NCBI GenBank assembly: GCA_027925325.1
Contig: AP027133.1
Location: forward strand, 150,001-182,000
Direction of reading: 5' to 3'
DNA: 32,000 bases
Origin: Candidatus Saccharimonadota bacterium
GTDB lineage: Bacteria > Bacillota_I > Bacilli_A > Mycoplasmatales > Hepatoplasmataceae
Shown one piece after another: positions 9,583 through 21,100 of the stretch; positions within the stretch are counted from its first letter, which is position 1, and every line of letters starts with the position of its first letter. The notes beneath the pieces are model-generated. The model was not told where the DNA came from, did no database searches, and saw only the letters and a program-made list of their open reading frames with translations. Both the position numbers and the translations under genes were made by a program.

Positions 9583-10344
9583 ATGCGAGAAGTTTTATTA
9601 TATTTTTCTGTAAAATATAATGGAAATTGAGATAAAATCTATAGTGCTTTAAAAACAAAAGAAAAAATCAATCATTCATTATATAAGCAGATTATTTATC
9701 GTTATAAAAATAAAAAATATATTACAATAATTGATAGTAGTTATCCAAAAAATCTAAAAAGAATCGCTTTTCCTCCTTTTGTAATTTACTATCAAGGAAA
9801 TCTTAATTTGTTAAGTGAGGAAAAAATTATCTGATTATTTGGTGCGCATATAAATGATAAGGAGTGAAATAGTTTTTTAAACTTAAAAAATCAATTTGAC
9901 AAAAATAACATCATAATTTTAATCGGACAATCAAACTTATTTGAAAATAATTTTATTAAAAATTGCAATTTAAAAAAACTAATTTTAATAAAGGATTCAG
10001 GAATATATTCACAAACTATAATTGATTCTAAAATTGAAGAAACCCTTTTGCAAAATGAATCACTTATTATTTCTGAATTCCCAGATTATATTTTGCCAAC
10101 AAAAAAGAGATGATTTAAAAGCAATAAAATAAAAATCGGACTAGCTAACGGTATTTTTTTATATAATACGGAAAAAGATCAAGATATTTTTAATGTTCTT
10201 GTTCATGTTATTTTAGAAAATAAAAAAATTTATTGTTATACAAAATCATTTTATAATTGTAATTTAAATTATGAGTTGATAAAATATGGTGGTATTGAAA
10301 TAAATGATGTTGGAGAGATAACTAAGAAATGACAAAAAATTTAA
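9583..10344 (+). CDS. dprA: DprA/Smf-like DNA-processing protein (divergent, short)
   Basis: A continuous 253-codon frame-1 ORF with five TGA=Trp codons, absent from the track. Contains ..ITIIDSSYPKNLKRIAFPPFVIYYQGNL.. and ..LIISEFPDYILPTKKRWFKSNKIKIGLANGIFL.., which resemble DprA motifs (YP..L..I..PP..L...G; ISE.P....P....F..RNRII.GL). Sits immediately upstream of topA, as in Firmicutes. Confidence 0.65.
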
Positions 10345-12335
10345 TAATCGTAGAATCACCTAATAAAATAAATAAAATACAAGCATACTTAAATGATTCA
10401 TTTGGAAGAAATAAATACAAAGTAATCGCTTCTGTTGGTCATGTTCGTGATCTTCGTAAATACGGAACAAAAATGGGTCTAGGAATAGATTTAGATTTGA
10501 TGCAACCGATGTATGAACCGATTCGTGCCAAAAAAGAGGTTATTGATAATCTTAAAAAAGCAGTTATGGAATCAGAAGTAATTTATTTGGCAACCGATCC
10601 CGATCGAGAAGGAGAGGCTATTGCTTGACATATTACTCAGATTTTACCGCAGGAATTATTAAAAGAAAAGAAATTTTATCGAATTAATTTTAATGAAATT
10701 ACAAAAGATGCTATTTTACATGCTTTAAAGAATCGTGGAAACTTAAATCAAGATTTAATAAATTCACAAGAAGCAAGAAGAATGCTAGATCGGATTATAG
10801 GTTTCCGTTTATCGTATATTACAAACAAAAAATTACATGCTCCAAGTGCCGGAAGAGTTAAGTCATCTGTTTTAAAATTAATAATGGATCGAGAAAACGA
10901 GATTAAAAATTTTAAAAAAGATTATTGATGAACAATTGAAGCATTAGCAGCTAAAGATAAGATTTTGATAAATTGTGATGATAATTTTAAAGAAATTAAT
11001 TATTTAAAAAAAGAGGCAGCGATTAAAATAAAAGAAAAATTAACAAATAAGTTTATTTTTATAAAAGATCAAAAAAAGGAAACAATTATATCTTCGCCTC
11101 AACCTTTAGAGATGTCTTCTTATCTTATGGCAGCTTTTAACATTTATGGATTAAGTAACAAACAGGCAACAGCTGCCGCTCAAATGCTTTATGAAAAAGG
11201 ATTAATTACTTATCCACGTACTGATTCACAGCGAATAAGTTCAAAAAAATTCATTTCTGATGCAAAAAAATTTTTAATTGAAATTTTTGGTGAAAAATAT
11301 TACAACGGTTTAAAAAGAATTAAGAAAGACCAAAAAGTTGTTTCTCAAGATGCACATGAAGCTTTAAGACCGACAAATCTTAAAGTAAGAACTTTTAAAT
11401 TAAATAGTCCTGAATATACAGTAATAGAACGGAAGGCATATGATGTAATTTGAAAAATTACAGCAAAATCATTTTTAAAAGATGGAATAAATTTAGTTGT
11501 AAAAAATCTTTATGATAATAATAATCATAAATTTGTATTTAAAGAAACAATCTTTAAATTTTTAGGTTTTAGAATTATCGATAAAGAAAATTACGAACGT
11601 GAAGCAACATTACCTGCAAAAGAAGAGATTATCATTGAAAAGAAAAATATTAATGTAAAAGAACATAATACAATTCCACCGGCAAGATATAATCAATCTT
11701 CTATTATTAGAAAAATGAAAGAAGAAGGGATCGGTCGTCCATCAACTTATTCAACAACAACAGCGGGACTTGCTAAATATGATTATATTGAACGAAAAAA
11801 AGGAGCTTTAATTCCAACGGATATCGGTAATGAGACAAATAAGTTACTATTATCTAATTTTTTTGAATTTGTAAATGAAAAATATACAGCAAAAATGGAA
11901 GCGAAACTTGATGATATCGCCGATGGGAAATTATCTAAAAATTTATTTTTAACTAATTTTTGAAAAGATTTTGATCCAAAAGTACAATTTGTCGATCAAA
12001 CAGTACAAGTTAAATTGCCAGAGTATTTGGATGAAAAATGTCCACTTGATGGTGGGCAACTTGTTTACAAAAGATCTAGATTTGGTCGTTTTATCGGTTG
12101 TGAAAATTATCCAAAATGTAAATATGTCCGTAAAATTGAAAATAGAGATAAATTTGATCCAATTTTAATTAATAAAAAATGTCCGAAATGTCAAACGGGA
12201 GATCTTATAATTCGCAGATCTAAATTTGGTAATTATTTTGTTTCATGCACAAATTTTCCTAAATGTCGATTTATTATGGAAAATAAAGAAGCTGATTTAA
12301 TTATTAAAGAGATTATGAAAGATAAAAAAGTTTAA
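10329..12335 (+). CDS. topA: DNA topoisomerase I
   Basis: TOPRIM N-terminus LIIVESPNKINKIQ...GHVRDL...LATDPDREGEAIAW. The active-site region LITYPRTDSQRIS carries the catalytic Tyr. C-terminal zinc ribbons are present (CPKCQTGDL...CTNFPKC). Five TGA codons join five track fragments. Confidence 0.95.
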
Positions 12336-12363
12336 TCGTTATCTTTATATAGGATTTGCTTTT

Positions 12364-12372
12364 TGTTATAAT
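12364..12372 (+). promoter_or_regulatory. Extended -10 promoter (TGtTATAAT) for rpsB-tsf, implying an ~100-nt 5' UTR
   Basis: TG at 12364-12365, then TATAAT at 12367-12372, in the 141-nt topA/rpsB gap. Confidence 0.4.
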
Positions 12373-12476
12373 TTTTAAAGTTAATGAAATATAAAACAGA
12401 TACATGAATTTTTAAGTGGTGTCATTTGATTCTTAATTTTGAAGTGTATCAAAGAAAAACTAGGAAAATAGAAAAT

Positions 12477-13529
12477 ATGACAAAAGAACAAGAAATAATA
12501 AATAACAGTAAAATTAATGATGCAAAAGAGACTGATGAGATATTAAATACTAATTTAACATCAATTAATAATAATACTGATGAACAGAGAAAAAAACTTC
12601 CTTTAATCGCAAAGGAAAAATTATTAGAAGCCGGTGTACAATTTGGCCATAAAACACAACGCTGAAATCCAGCGATGAAACCTTTTATTCATGGTGAAAA
12701 AAATGGTACACATATCATAAATTTAAATAAGGTAAATGCTTCATTAAATGTAGCTTATACCGCAATTAATAAAATTGCAGCAAAAGGTGGAAAGATTTTA
12801 TTTGTTGGAACAAATAAACATTCAAAAAAAACCGTTAAAGAAAACGCATTAAGAGTAAAAACTTATTATGTTAATGAAAGATGACTAGGTGGAATTTTAA
12901 CTAATTTTAAAACAATTCAAAATTCAGTCCGTCATCTGCGTTATCTTGAAAAATTAGCAAAAGATGAATTTGCTGGATATACAAAAAAAGAAGCTGTTAA
13001 ATTACAAAAAGAATTAGATAAATCAGAAGCGATGCTTGGAGGAATCAAATATATGCGTAGACTTCCAGATGCAATATTTGTTACATCTGTAAGTGATGAA
13101 AAAATTGTTATCCAAGAAGCTGATAAATTAGGAATTCCGGTAATTGGAATTGTTGATACAAATTGCAATCCACGTGATGTAAAAATCCCAATTTTTGCAA
13201 ATGATGATGCAAATAAATCAATTTCTTTAATTACAACAATTATTGCTGATGCAATCGCTGATGTAAAAGGTGAAGAGAGAAAAGCGGCTTTTTTAGATAA
13301 AGATCAAGTTGAATTTGTCGGTCTTGAGAAATCAGTATTTCGCAAAACTAATTTTAGAAATGCAAATTATAATCAAGAGGGAAATAATTATAATAATAAG
13401 TATTTCAAGAAAGATTTTCGAAAAGATAATAATTATAATAGTAATTTTAAAAGAGATCCAAATAATTTTAAAAGAGATACATCATCAAGAGATACATCAT
13501 CAAAGAATGTATCAAAAAATTCTAATTAA
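12477..13529 (+). CDS. rpsB: 30S ribosomal protein S2 with N- and C-terminal low-complexity extensions
   Basis: Core [23 protein letters not shown]...THIINL...ILFVGT...RWLGGILTNF...DAIFV......EA.KLGIPVIGIVDTNC.P is canonical S2. ATG 12477 has AGGAAA 8 nt upstream. Two TGA codons join the fragments. About 45 extra N-terminal aa and about 75 extra N/K/D/F-rich C-terminal aa. Confidence 0.9.
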
Positions 13530-13545
13530 TTTTTAATAGGTCAAA

Positions 13546-14430
13546 ATGAAAAAGATAGATATTGAAGATATTAAAAAATTGCGCGAAATGACAGGCGCAG
13601 GTTTAATGGAAGTAAAGAAAGCTTTAGAACATACTGAAGGAAATTTCGAGCAAGCGATAAAATGATTGCGCGAAAGTGGATTGATAAAGGCAGCAAAAAA
13701 ATCAAATCGTATTGCATCTGAAGGAGCTATTTTTATTTTAAATTTTAAAAATAAATTGTTAATTTTAGAATTAAATTCTGAAACAGATTTTGTTGCTGAA
13801 AATAATCTATTCCTTTCATTTGGTAATAAATTGGCAAAATATCTTATAGATGCAAATTTATCAAGTGATAAATTAAATGAATTTAAAGAAAAAAACTTTG
13901 ATGGAGAAAAAATCAAAGATCAAATTGCAAATTTTACGGCTAAATTAGGTGAAAAAATAGATTTACGTAGATTTAATCTTTTTGATGTAAACAATTATCA
14001 ATTTGCAACTTATTTACATGTAAACAAAAAAATTGGTGTGATTGTAATTGCAAAAAATATTGAACAAAACTTGTTAAAAGATATTGCAATGCAGATTGCA
14101 GCAATGAATCCGGAATATTTAAGTATAGATGATATTTCAATTGAAAAACAACAAGAAGAATATCAAATTGCCAAAAATGAATTAAAAGATGTTTTAAAAA
14201 GCAAACCAGATAATATCAAAGATAAAATTATTAAGGGAAGAGTTAATAAAATTCTTTCTGAGAGTGTATTAGAAGAACAGAGTTTTGTAAAAGACAATAG
14301 TAAAAAAATTAAGCAATTACTTGCAAAAGATGCAAAAATTATTTCTTTTATTCGTTACGAAGTAGGCGAAGGGATTGAGAAAAAAATTGAGAATTTCAAA
14401 GAAGAAGTCATGAAGCAAATTAAAAAATAA
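13546..14430 (+). CDS. tsf: Elongation factor Ts
   Basis: [45 protein letters not shown] is the UBA-like EF-Ts N-terminus (TGA=Trp at 13663-13665). Followed by ...ELNSETDFVAEN... and ...QIAAMNPEYL.... Confidence 0.93.
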
Positions 14431-14457
14431 AGAGATATTTATCTCTTTATTTTTTTA
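14429..14457 (+). terminator. Putative intrinsic terminator after tsf
   Basis: AAAGAGAT-ATTT-ATCTCTTT hairpin (8-bp stem) followed by ATTTTTTT. Confidence 0.55.
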
Positions 14458-14474
14458 TAATTTTAAGAGGAATT

Positions 14475-15203
14475 ATGATTAAAGAAAAAGAGCATGTTAT
14501 TTTAAAATTATCAGGAGAAGCGTTAACTGATTCACGCGAAAGTTTATATTCTCAAAATATTTTAAAAAATATTACCGAACAAATTTCTTATCTTATTAAA
14601 AAATACCATTTAAAGATCGGTATTGTGATCGGCGGGGGTAATATTTTTAGAGGTTCATTTGCAAAATCATTAGGAATGATTAAAAATGAAGAAACAGCTG
14701 ATCATATGGGAATGTTAGCGACAACAATAAATGCTCTTGCTTTAAATATATATTTAAAAAATGCCAAAATTAAAAGTATAGTTTTAAATGCAAGAGAAAT
14801 TAAAGGATTATTATCTGAGGCCTCTGAACAAAATATTAGAAAATCTTTTTTACAAAATGATGTAATAATTTTTGGCGGCGGAACTGGTAAACCTTATGTT
14901 TCAACCGATACAGCCGCTGCATTAAGAGCGATTGATAGTAAATCATCATTTATTTTAATGGCTAAAAATAATATCGATGGAATTTATGATAAAGACCCAA
15001 ATCGATTCACTGATGCTAAATTTTTAAAAAAATTAACTTTTAAACAATTTGTTGATTTAAATTTACAAGCAATCGATCATCAAGCATTAAAAAAATTAGA
15101 AGGTACAGATATTAAAGTAATTGTATTTAATATGAATGATAAAAATAATATAATAAAGTTATACGAAGATAAATTAAAGCAAAAAACTATTTTAGCAAAT
15201 TAA
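14475..15203 (+). CDS. pyrH: UMP kinase
   Basis: ILKLSGEAL...IVIGGGNIFRG.......DHMGMLATTINALAL...IFGGGTGKPYVSTDTAAALRA...GIYDKDP are UMP kinase (amino-acid kinase family) motifs. Sits in the rpsB-tsf-pyrH-frr order. Confidence 0.93.
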   Translation: MIKEKEHVILKLSGEALTDSRESLYSQNILKNITEQISYLIKKYHLKIGIVIGGGNIFRGSFAKSLGMIKNEETADHMGMLATTINALALNIYLKNAKIKSIVLNAREIKGLLSEASEQNIRKSFLQNDVIIFGGGTGKPYVSTDTAAALRAIDSKSSFILMAKNNIDGIYDKDPNRFTDAKFLKKLTFKQFVDLNLQAIDHQALKKLEGTDIKVIVFNMNDKNNIIKLYEDKLKQKTILAN

Positions 15204-15204
15204 A

Positions 15205-15750
15205 ATGAATGATTATATTAATGATTTAAAAAATAAATTAGATAAAATTGATAAACATTATCAAAGTGATTTACGTAAGATTCGTGCTGTCGGTGCGCAT
15301 CCTGCGCTTTTAGAAAATATTTATGTTAATTATTATAATGATAAGATTCCACTAAATCAATTAGCATCAATTAAGATTCAAGATGGAACGATTATTATTA
15401 TAAATCCATATGATAAATCACAGCGAAAAGAGATATTAATCGCCCTTGATAAGGCAAATTTAGAGTTTAATATTCAAGATGATGGGGAATTAATTAAAAT
15501 TTATGTTCCTCCTCTTACAGAGGAAAAACGGAAGTTTTATGCTAAAAAAGCAAAAGAATTAAAAGAGCAAGCGAAGATAAATTTAAGAAATGTAAGACAA
15601 GAAATTAATAAGAAAATTAATCTTGATAAAGAATTATCAAAAGATGAAATAAATATTTATTTAAAAAAAGTTCAAGAAGAGATTGATCAAAAGAATCAAA
15701 ATTTTGAGATGATGTTAAAAGAAAAAGAAAAATCACTTTTTACGATTTAA
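15205..15750 (+). CDS. frr: Ribosome recycling factor
   Basis: ..DLRKIRAVGAHPALLENIYVNYYN.KIPLNQLASI...I.PYDKS....I..AL....L.......G..I.I.VPPLTEE.R....K.AK...E..K...RNVRQE. matches the full-length RRF pattern. Confidence 0.93.
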   Translation: MNDYINDLKNKLDKIDKHYQSDLRKIRAVGAHPALLENIYVNYYNDKIPLNQLASIKIQDGTIIIINPYDKSQRKEILIALDKANLEFNIQDDGELIKIYVPPLTEEKRKFYAKKAKELKEQAKINLRNVRQEINKKINLDKELSKDEINIYLKKVQEEIDQKNQNFEMMLKEKEKSLFTI

Positions 15751-15753
15751 ATT

Positions 15754-16815
15754 ATGAGTAAAGTAAAAAAAAGTGTTAAATCTAAATCAAAAAAAAATGA
15801 ATTAATTAAAAGAGTTACAACAGCAATAATTTTACTTGTTGTTGTGATTCTTTTAATTCTTCCTGCTTCTTATGTAAACTTTGGGAGTCAAGCACAGACA
15901 AATTTAGATAATTATAATAATACATTTATTAAATATGATTACTTTTTTATCTCAATCATCGGTTTGCTGTTGGCTTATATAATTTTTGAAATAGTTAATT
16001 TTACCTCTCCTTTTAAGGATGACAAAACAATTTTTTGGGTAAACTTGATTTTTTTAGAAATTATTTTTATCATAATATATGTATTTATCGCTTATTATTT
16101 TATTAGAGATTATAATCCGATCTGAGCAAAACCTAATGATCAGATTCAAGATTTTGGTTACAATAATCAAATAAATAATCTTCTTATTTATTTGATTTCT
16201 TTTTCTTTTATTTATCTTTTGATAAATGTCGGCTTTGATAATGAGATTAAAGATTCGATTATAAATTTAACCGTTTCGGTATTGGCATTTGCTTTTGTTT
16301 TATCGATTTTATTTTTAACAATAGTTTTTGGATTTACGGTAATTTTAATGCTTATTCTTACTACGGCCTTTGTTGATACTTTTGCTTATTTTGGCGGCAA
16401 GTTATTTGGTAATCAAAAAATCTTTGTAAATGCTTCTCCCAATAAAACATTTAATGGATTTTTAATCGGTCTTTTAGCTGGATTTTTATTTTTTATCTTT
16501 TTTTATTTTACATTTGTTGCAAATATGGAAAGTTCAAATTTATATTGACTAAATGATGAAAACTTTTTACAAATAGATTCAAACACAGCATATTTAATTA
16601 GTAATTTAAATTTAAAAATAAGTGCATTAATGATTGTTGTGATCATAATTTCACCATTTGCTGACGCCTTTTTTTCAAAAATTAAACGTAATTTTAATAA
16701 AAAAGATTTTGCTAATATTTTACCTGGACATGGAGGAGTTTTAGATCGATTAGATTCGCATATTTTTACATATACGATATTTTCATTCGGACTTTTATTT
16801 ATTGTTTTTATTTAA
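15754..16815 (+). CDS. cdsA: Phosphatidate cytidylyltransferase (CDP-diglyceride synthase)
   Basis: A multi-pass membrane protein joined across two TGA codons. The C-terminal signature SKIKRNFNKKDFANILPGHGGVLDRLDS matches the CdsA motif (S..KR....KD....PGHGG..DR.DS). Confidence 0.88.
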
Positions 16816-16850
16816 TATAATTATTTTTATTAGTCCAAAAAAGAACAGAG

Positions 16851-18164
16851 ATGGCATTTTTATATTTTTTATTATTTTTAATTTTTTTACTAATATTTAT
16901 TACGATAATTACCTTTATTCATGAGTTGGGTCATTTTTACATCGCAAGAAGAAATAAAGTAAGAGTTTCTGAATTTTCAATCGGTTTTGGACCGGCTATT
17001 TTTCAGCGAAAGTTAGAATTAACAACGATAAGTATTAGATTATTTCCCTTAGGAGGATACGTTGCCGTTCTTACTAATGATGTAATTTTAAGTATTGAAA
17101 CATTACGGGAAAATATCAAAAATTTAGATCCGGGGGAAAGAGAATTACAAGAAAAACGTATTCAAAAAAAACTTTCCGGACTTACGCTTTATGAAAATTT
17201 TAAGCAACAAAAAACAATTGATAAAGTTTCTACTGTTAATAAAATTTATTTTGCATTAGGAGGGATTTTATTTAATTTTGTTTCAATTTTTATCGCCCTT
17301 GCTATTTTTTATACGATAAGTGGGCGTGAAGTTGCAAATGATACCTTAAAAGAATATGGGGCGATATTTAGAGATCAAACAAGAGGTGATATTCGTTTAG
17401 ATTCACCTATTTATGTAAGTGCAATTTATAATGTTGAGGGTCTCACGGATGAAGAAATTGAAGATGCAACAATTTCAGATTTACCTTTAATTGCAACCGG
17501 TTATGATGATCTTTATGAGGCTTTTGATAGTTATCAAAATGCTGCTTTAAAAGGAAGCGGGGGATTTATTGCTTTTCCAGCTACCAAAGTTTTAATTGAT
17601 TATAAAGATAGCAAGCAACAAGAAAAAATTTTGGTATATAATTTTTCAATTACCGAAAATCCAGGCTTTGATTCACTTTATATCTATAACTATCAAAATG
17701 ATCAAGTTGATGTTAATAGCAAAATTGAATATACATTAATAAGTTATATTAATCTTGTTTATTATCGAACAGAAGGGGCTGATTATATTCAATATCCATT
17801 TATAATAGCAATTTATTATGCTTTCATTGATACTTTTATTTATATCTATCAAGGAATTATAATTACGATTAATTTATTATTTGGTGTGTTTACACCAGAT
17901 GGAAGAATCATTGATAGTTATCATAATGTTGATGGCAATAATAATATTATAAATGTCCAAGTTTTGGTTGATTTTTTTGTTATTTTTTCAATGATTACTT
18001 TACTTTTTAATATTATTCCGCTTCCTCCGCTTGATGGGTTTCATGCTGTAAGATATGGATATGAAGGGATATCAAAAAAGAGTATTTCAAAAAGCTTAAT
18101 TAAAATTTTAACAATCATAAGTATAACTTTTATGTTTATTTGATTTTTCTTTCTTATTTTTTAG
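16851..18164 (+). CDS. rseP: Site-2 (M50) intramembrane zinc metalloprotease, RseP/YluC-like
   Basis: HELGH in the first TM segment (FIHELGHFYIARR) and the C-terminal NIIPLPPLDGFH motif. Sits between cdsA and polC as in Bacillus. The track ORF ends at TGA 18141-18143. With TGA=Trp it runs seven more codons to TAG 18162-18164. Confidence 0.85.
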
Positions 18165-18184
18165 CTAAAAAAGGATAATTATTA

Positions 18185-21100
18185 ATGATGAAAATTGATT
18201 TTTTAAAGAGATTAAATTTACCAGATATTTTAAAAAAAGATTTAAAATTAGAGAATGCAAAATTAGAGATTAATGATCAAAATAATGATTATAAATTATT
18301 TTTAAAATTCACAAAAAGAGGTTTTTTTTGTGCAAATGATTTTAATCATTTTTATGAAGCAATTTTAGAATTTAAAAAAAATAAAAGTGATATAAATTTA
18401 GATTTTTTAAATATCTCATTAGATATAGAGAATTCAAATTTAGATTTGGATGAAATATATGGAATTCTTTATTTCCTTTTTACAAAATTAACAGCAAGTA
18501 AAATTGAAATGTCTAAGTTATATCTTGATTTTTTCGATCAGACAAAACAAGATTTAATAATTTTTGTTGCAAATAACGATAATTATATTCTTGCTTCAAA
18601 ATATATTGATTACATTCGGAAAATTTTTCTAAATTTTTCAATTTGAACGGGCAAATTATATCTTAGACAGGATCGCTCGCTTTTTAATATTGAAAAAGTA
18701 GTTGAAGATACAAAAAAAGATCTTAATCTAAATATAATTTCGAAAAAAAGTGACATTAAAGTAAAAAAAGATAATCCTTTTATAAAAGATTATAAACAAT
18801 TAAATTTGCAAGCAAAAAAAGAGCAGACAAAGATTTTTTTTAATGGTGAAGTCGTTAATTTAGAAGGAAAAGAATTAGGTAAAAAAGAGAACTTTTTATT
18901 GAATATTTCGCTAAAAGGAGAAGATAATGAGATTATTCTTGCTTCAAAGTGATATACAAAAAATGATTTTAAATTAATTAATTTCAAAAAAGGCAACTTT
19001 GTAACTGTTTATGGTGATTTAAAATTTGATAATTACATCAAAGATTTTAAAATTAATTTTAAAATAATTGAAAAAACAGATGGACCGATAATTTTAAAAA
19101 ATTTACAAGAAAATAAAAAAAGATCAGAATTTCATATCCATACAAAGATGTCAACGATGGATGGTGTTGGATCTGTCGAAGAATATTTTAAATTAGCGGA
19201 TAAGGCTAATTTTAAAAGTTTGACTTTTTTAGATCATGATTCAGTACAGGCTTTTCCTGAAATTTATCGAATTGGTAAAAAGTATCCAAATATCAAAAAA
19301 ATTTATGGGGCAGAATTTTCAGTATTTGATGATTTAAATGAAAAAATTGTTTTTAATAGTCGTGATGAGGATTTAAGGAAAAATAATTTTGTCTATTTTG
19401 ATTTAGAAACAACCGGTATTTCTCCGCTTGTAAATGAAATTATTGAATTTGGTGCTGTTAAGATTAAAGATGGAATTAAAATTGATAAATTACAATTATT
19501 TATAAAACCATCAATAAAATTACCAAAAATAATTACAAAAATAACAAAAATAAGAGATCAGGATTTAGAAAATGCTTGTTCGATTAAGGAAGCTATTCCA
19601 AAGATTCTTGCTTTTTTTGAAGATTATATTTTAGTTGCTCATAATGCAAAATTTGATTTTTCTTTTATTAATGCCGCTTTGCAAAAAGAAAATATGCCAA
19701 TTTTAAAAAATCCTGTGATTGATTCATTAAAAGTTTCTTGACTTGTAAATAAAAATTTGAAAAGCCATCGTTTAGGGAATGTGGCGCGAGAGGAAAATCA
19801 ACATTATGATGATACGATCTCGCACCGCGCTGATTATGATGCAGAAATTTTAAAAAATGTTTTTGAAAATATGCTTCATAAATTATATGATCTAAATATT
19901 CGTAATTTAAATCAATTGGCAGATGAAATTAGCACCGATTTAATAAAGAAACGTTTATTTTTGAAACATATAAGCGTAATCGCTAAAAATCAAGCAGGTT
20001 TAAAAGATTTGTATAAATTAATTTCTGATGCTCATATTAAATTTTATAATAAGAGAATTGATGTTCCTTCTCTTCCGCTTTCTTACATTTTAGATGTTAA
20101 GAAAAGCGGTAATATTTTATTAGGATCAGCCTGTGCAAATGGGATTTTCTGAGAAGAAATGAATTATTTAAATTCTAATTTGGAAAATATTATTAATTAT
20201 TATGATTATATTGAAATTTTTCCACCCTCTGTTTATAATTATTTAACTCGAGAAGAGCGATTTTCAGAAGCGCAGATTGAAAAAATTATTCTTAAAATTA
20301 TCTTGTTTGCAAAGAAACACCAAAAAAAGGTAATAGTTAGTTCGGATGCGCACTATGTAAATCGTAGTGATAAAATTATCAGAGATATTTATATTGTAAA
20401 TAAAGGATTGGGTGGAAGAATGCACCCGTTATTTTCTCGCAATAATCCCAATTACAAAAATCCTGATCAGCATCTAAGATTAAGTAAAGAGTTAGAGATA
20501 GAATTTAATTTCATAGACGATAAAAATTTAAAAGAAGAGATAATTTATCAAAATGGAAATGATCTATCCGATCAAATAGATAATATAATTCCAATTAAAG
20601 ATAAATTATATCCACCTGAAATAAATGAAGCAAATGATAACTTTAAAAATTTAATCAAAGTCAATTTGCAAAAAATTTATGGTGATAACCCCGATCAAAA
20701 GATAGTAAAAAGAATAAATCGTGAGGTTAACGCTATTTTAACGCATAAATTTGCGATTATTTATTATCTTTCTTCACTTGTTGTTAAAAAGTCATTAGCA
20801 GATGGATACCTTGTTGGTTCAAGAGGATCGGTTGGGTCATCATTAGCAGCGACATTATCTGATATTACCGAAGTTAATCCACTTGAACCACATTATATTT
20901 GTGATAAATGTAAACATCATTTTTTTGTTGAAAATGTTCTTTCAGGATACGATCTTGAAGATAAAAATTGTCCGATTTGTAAGGGCAAAATGCGAGGAGA
21001 TGGACATTGAATTCAATTTGAGACATTTTTGGGATTTAATGGTGACAAAGTTCCTGATATTGATTTAAATTTTTCGCGTGAATATCAAGCTAAGATACAT

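Noticed and set aside
7275-21068. Off-frame + strand ORFs: 7275-7466, 11971-12168, 13309-13536 and 20883-21068.
   Set aside because: They overlap truA, topA, rpsB and polC in alternative frames, and their translations are repetitive I/K/L-rich strings. Conserved-protein evidence supports the main frames.
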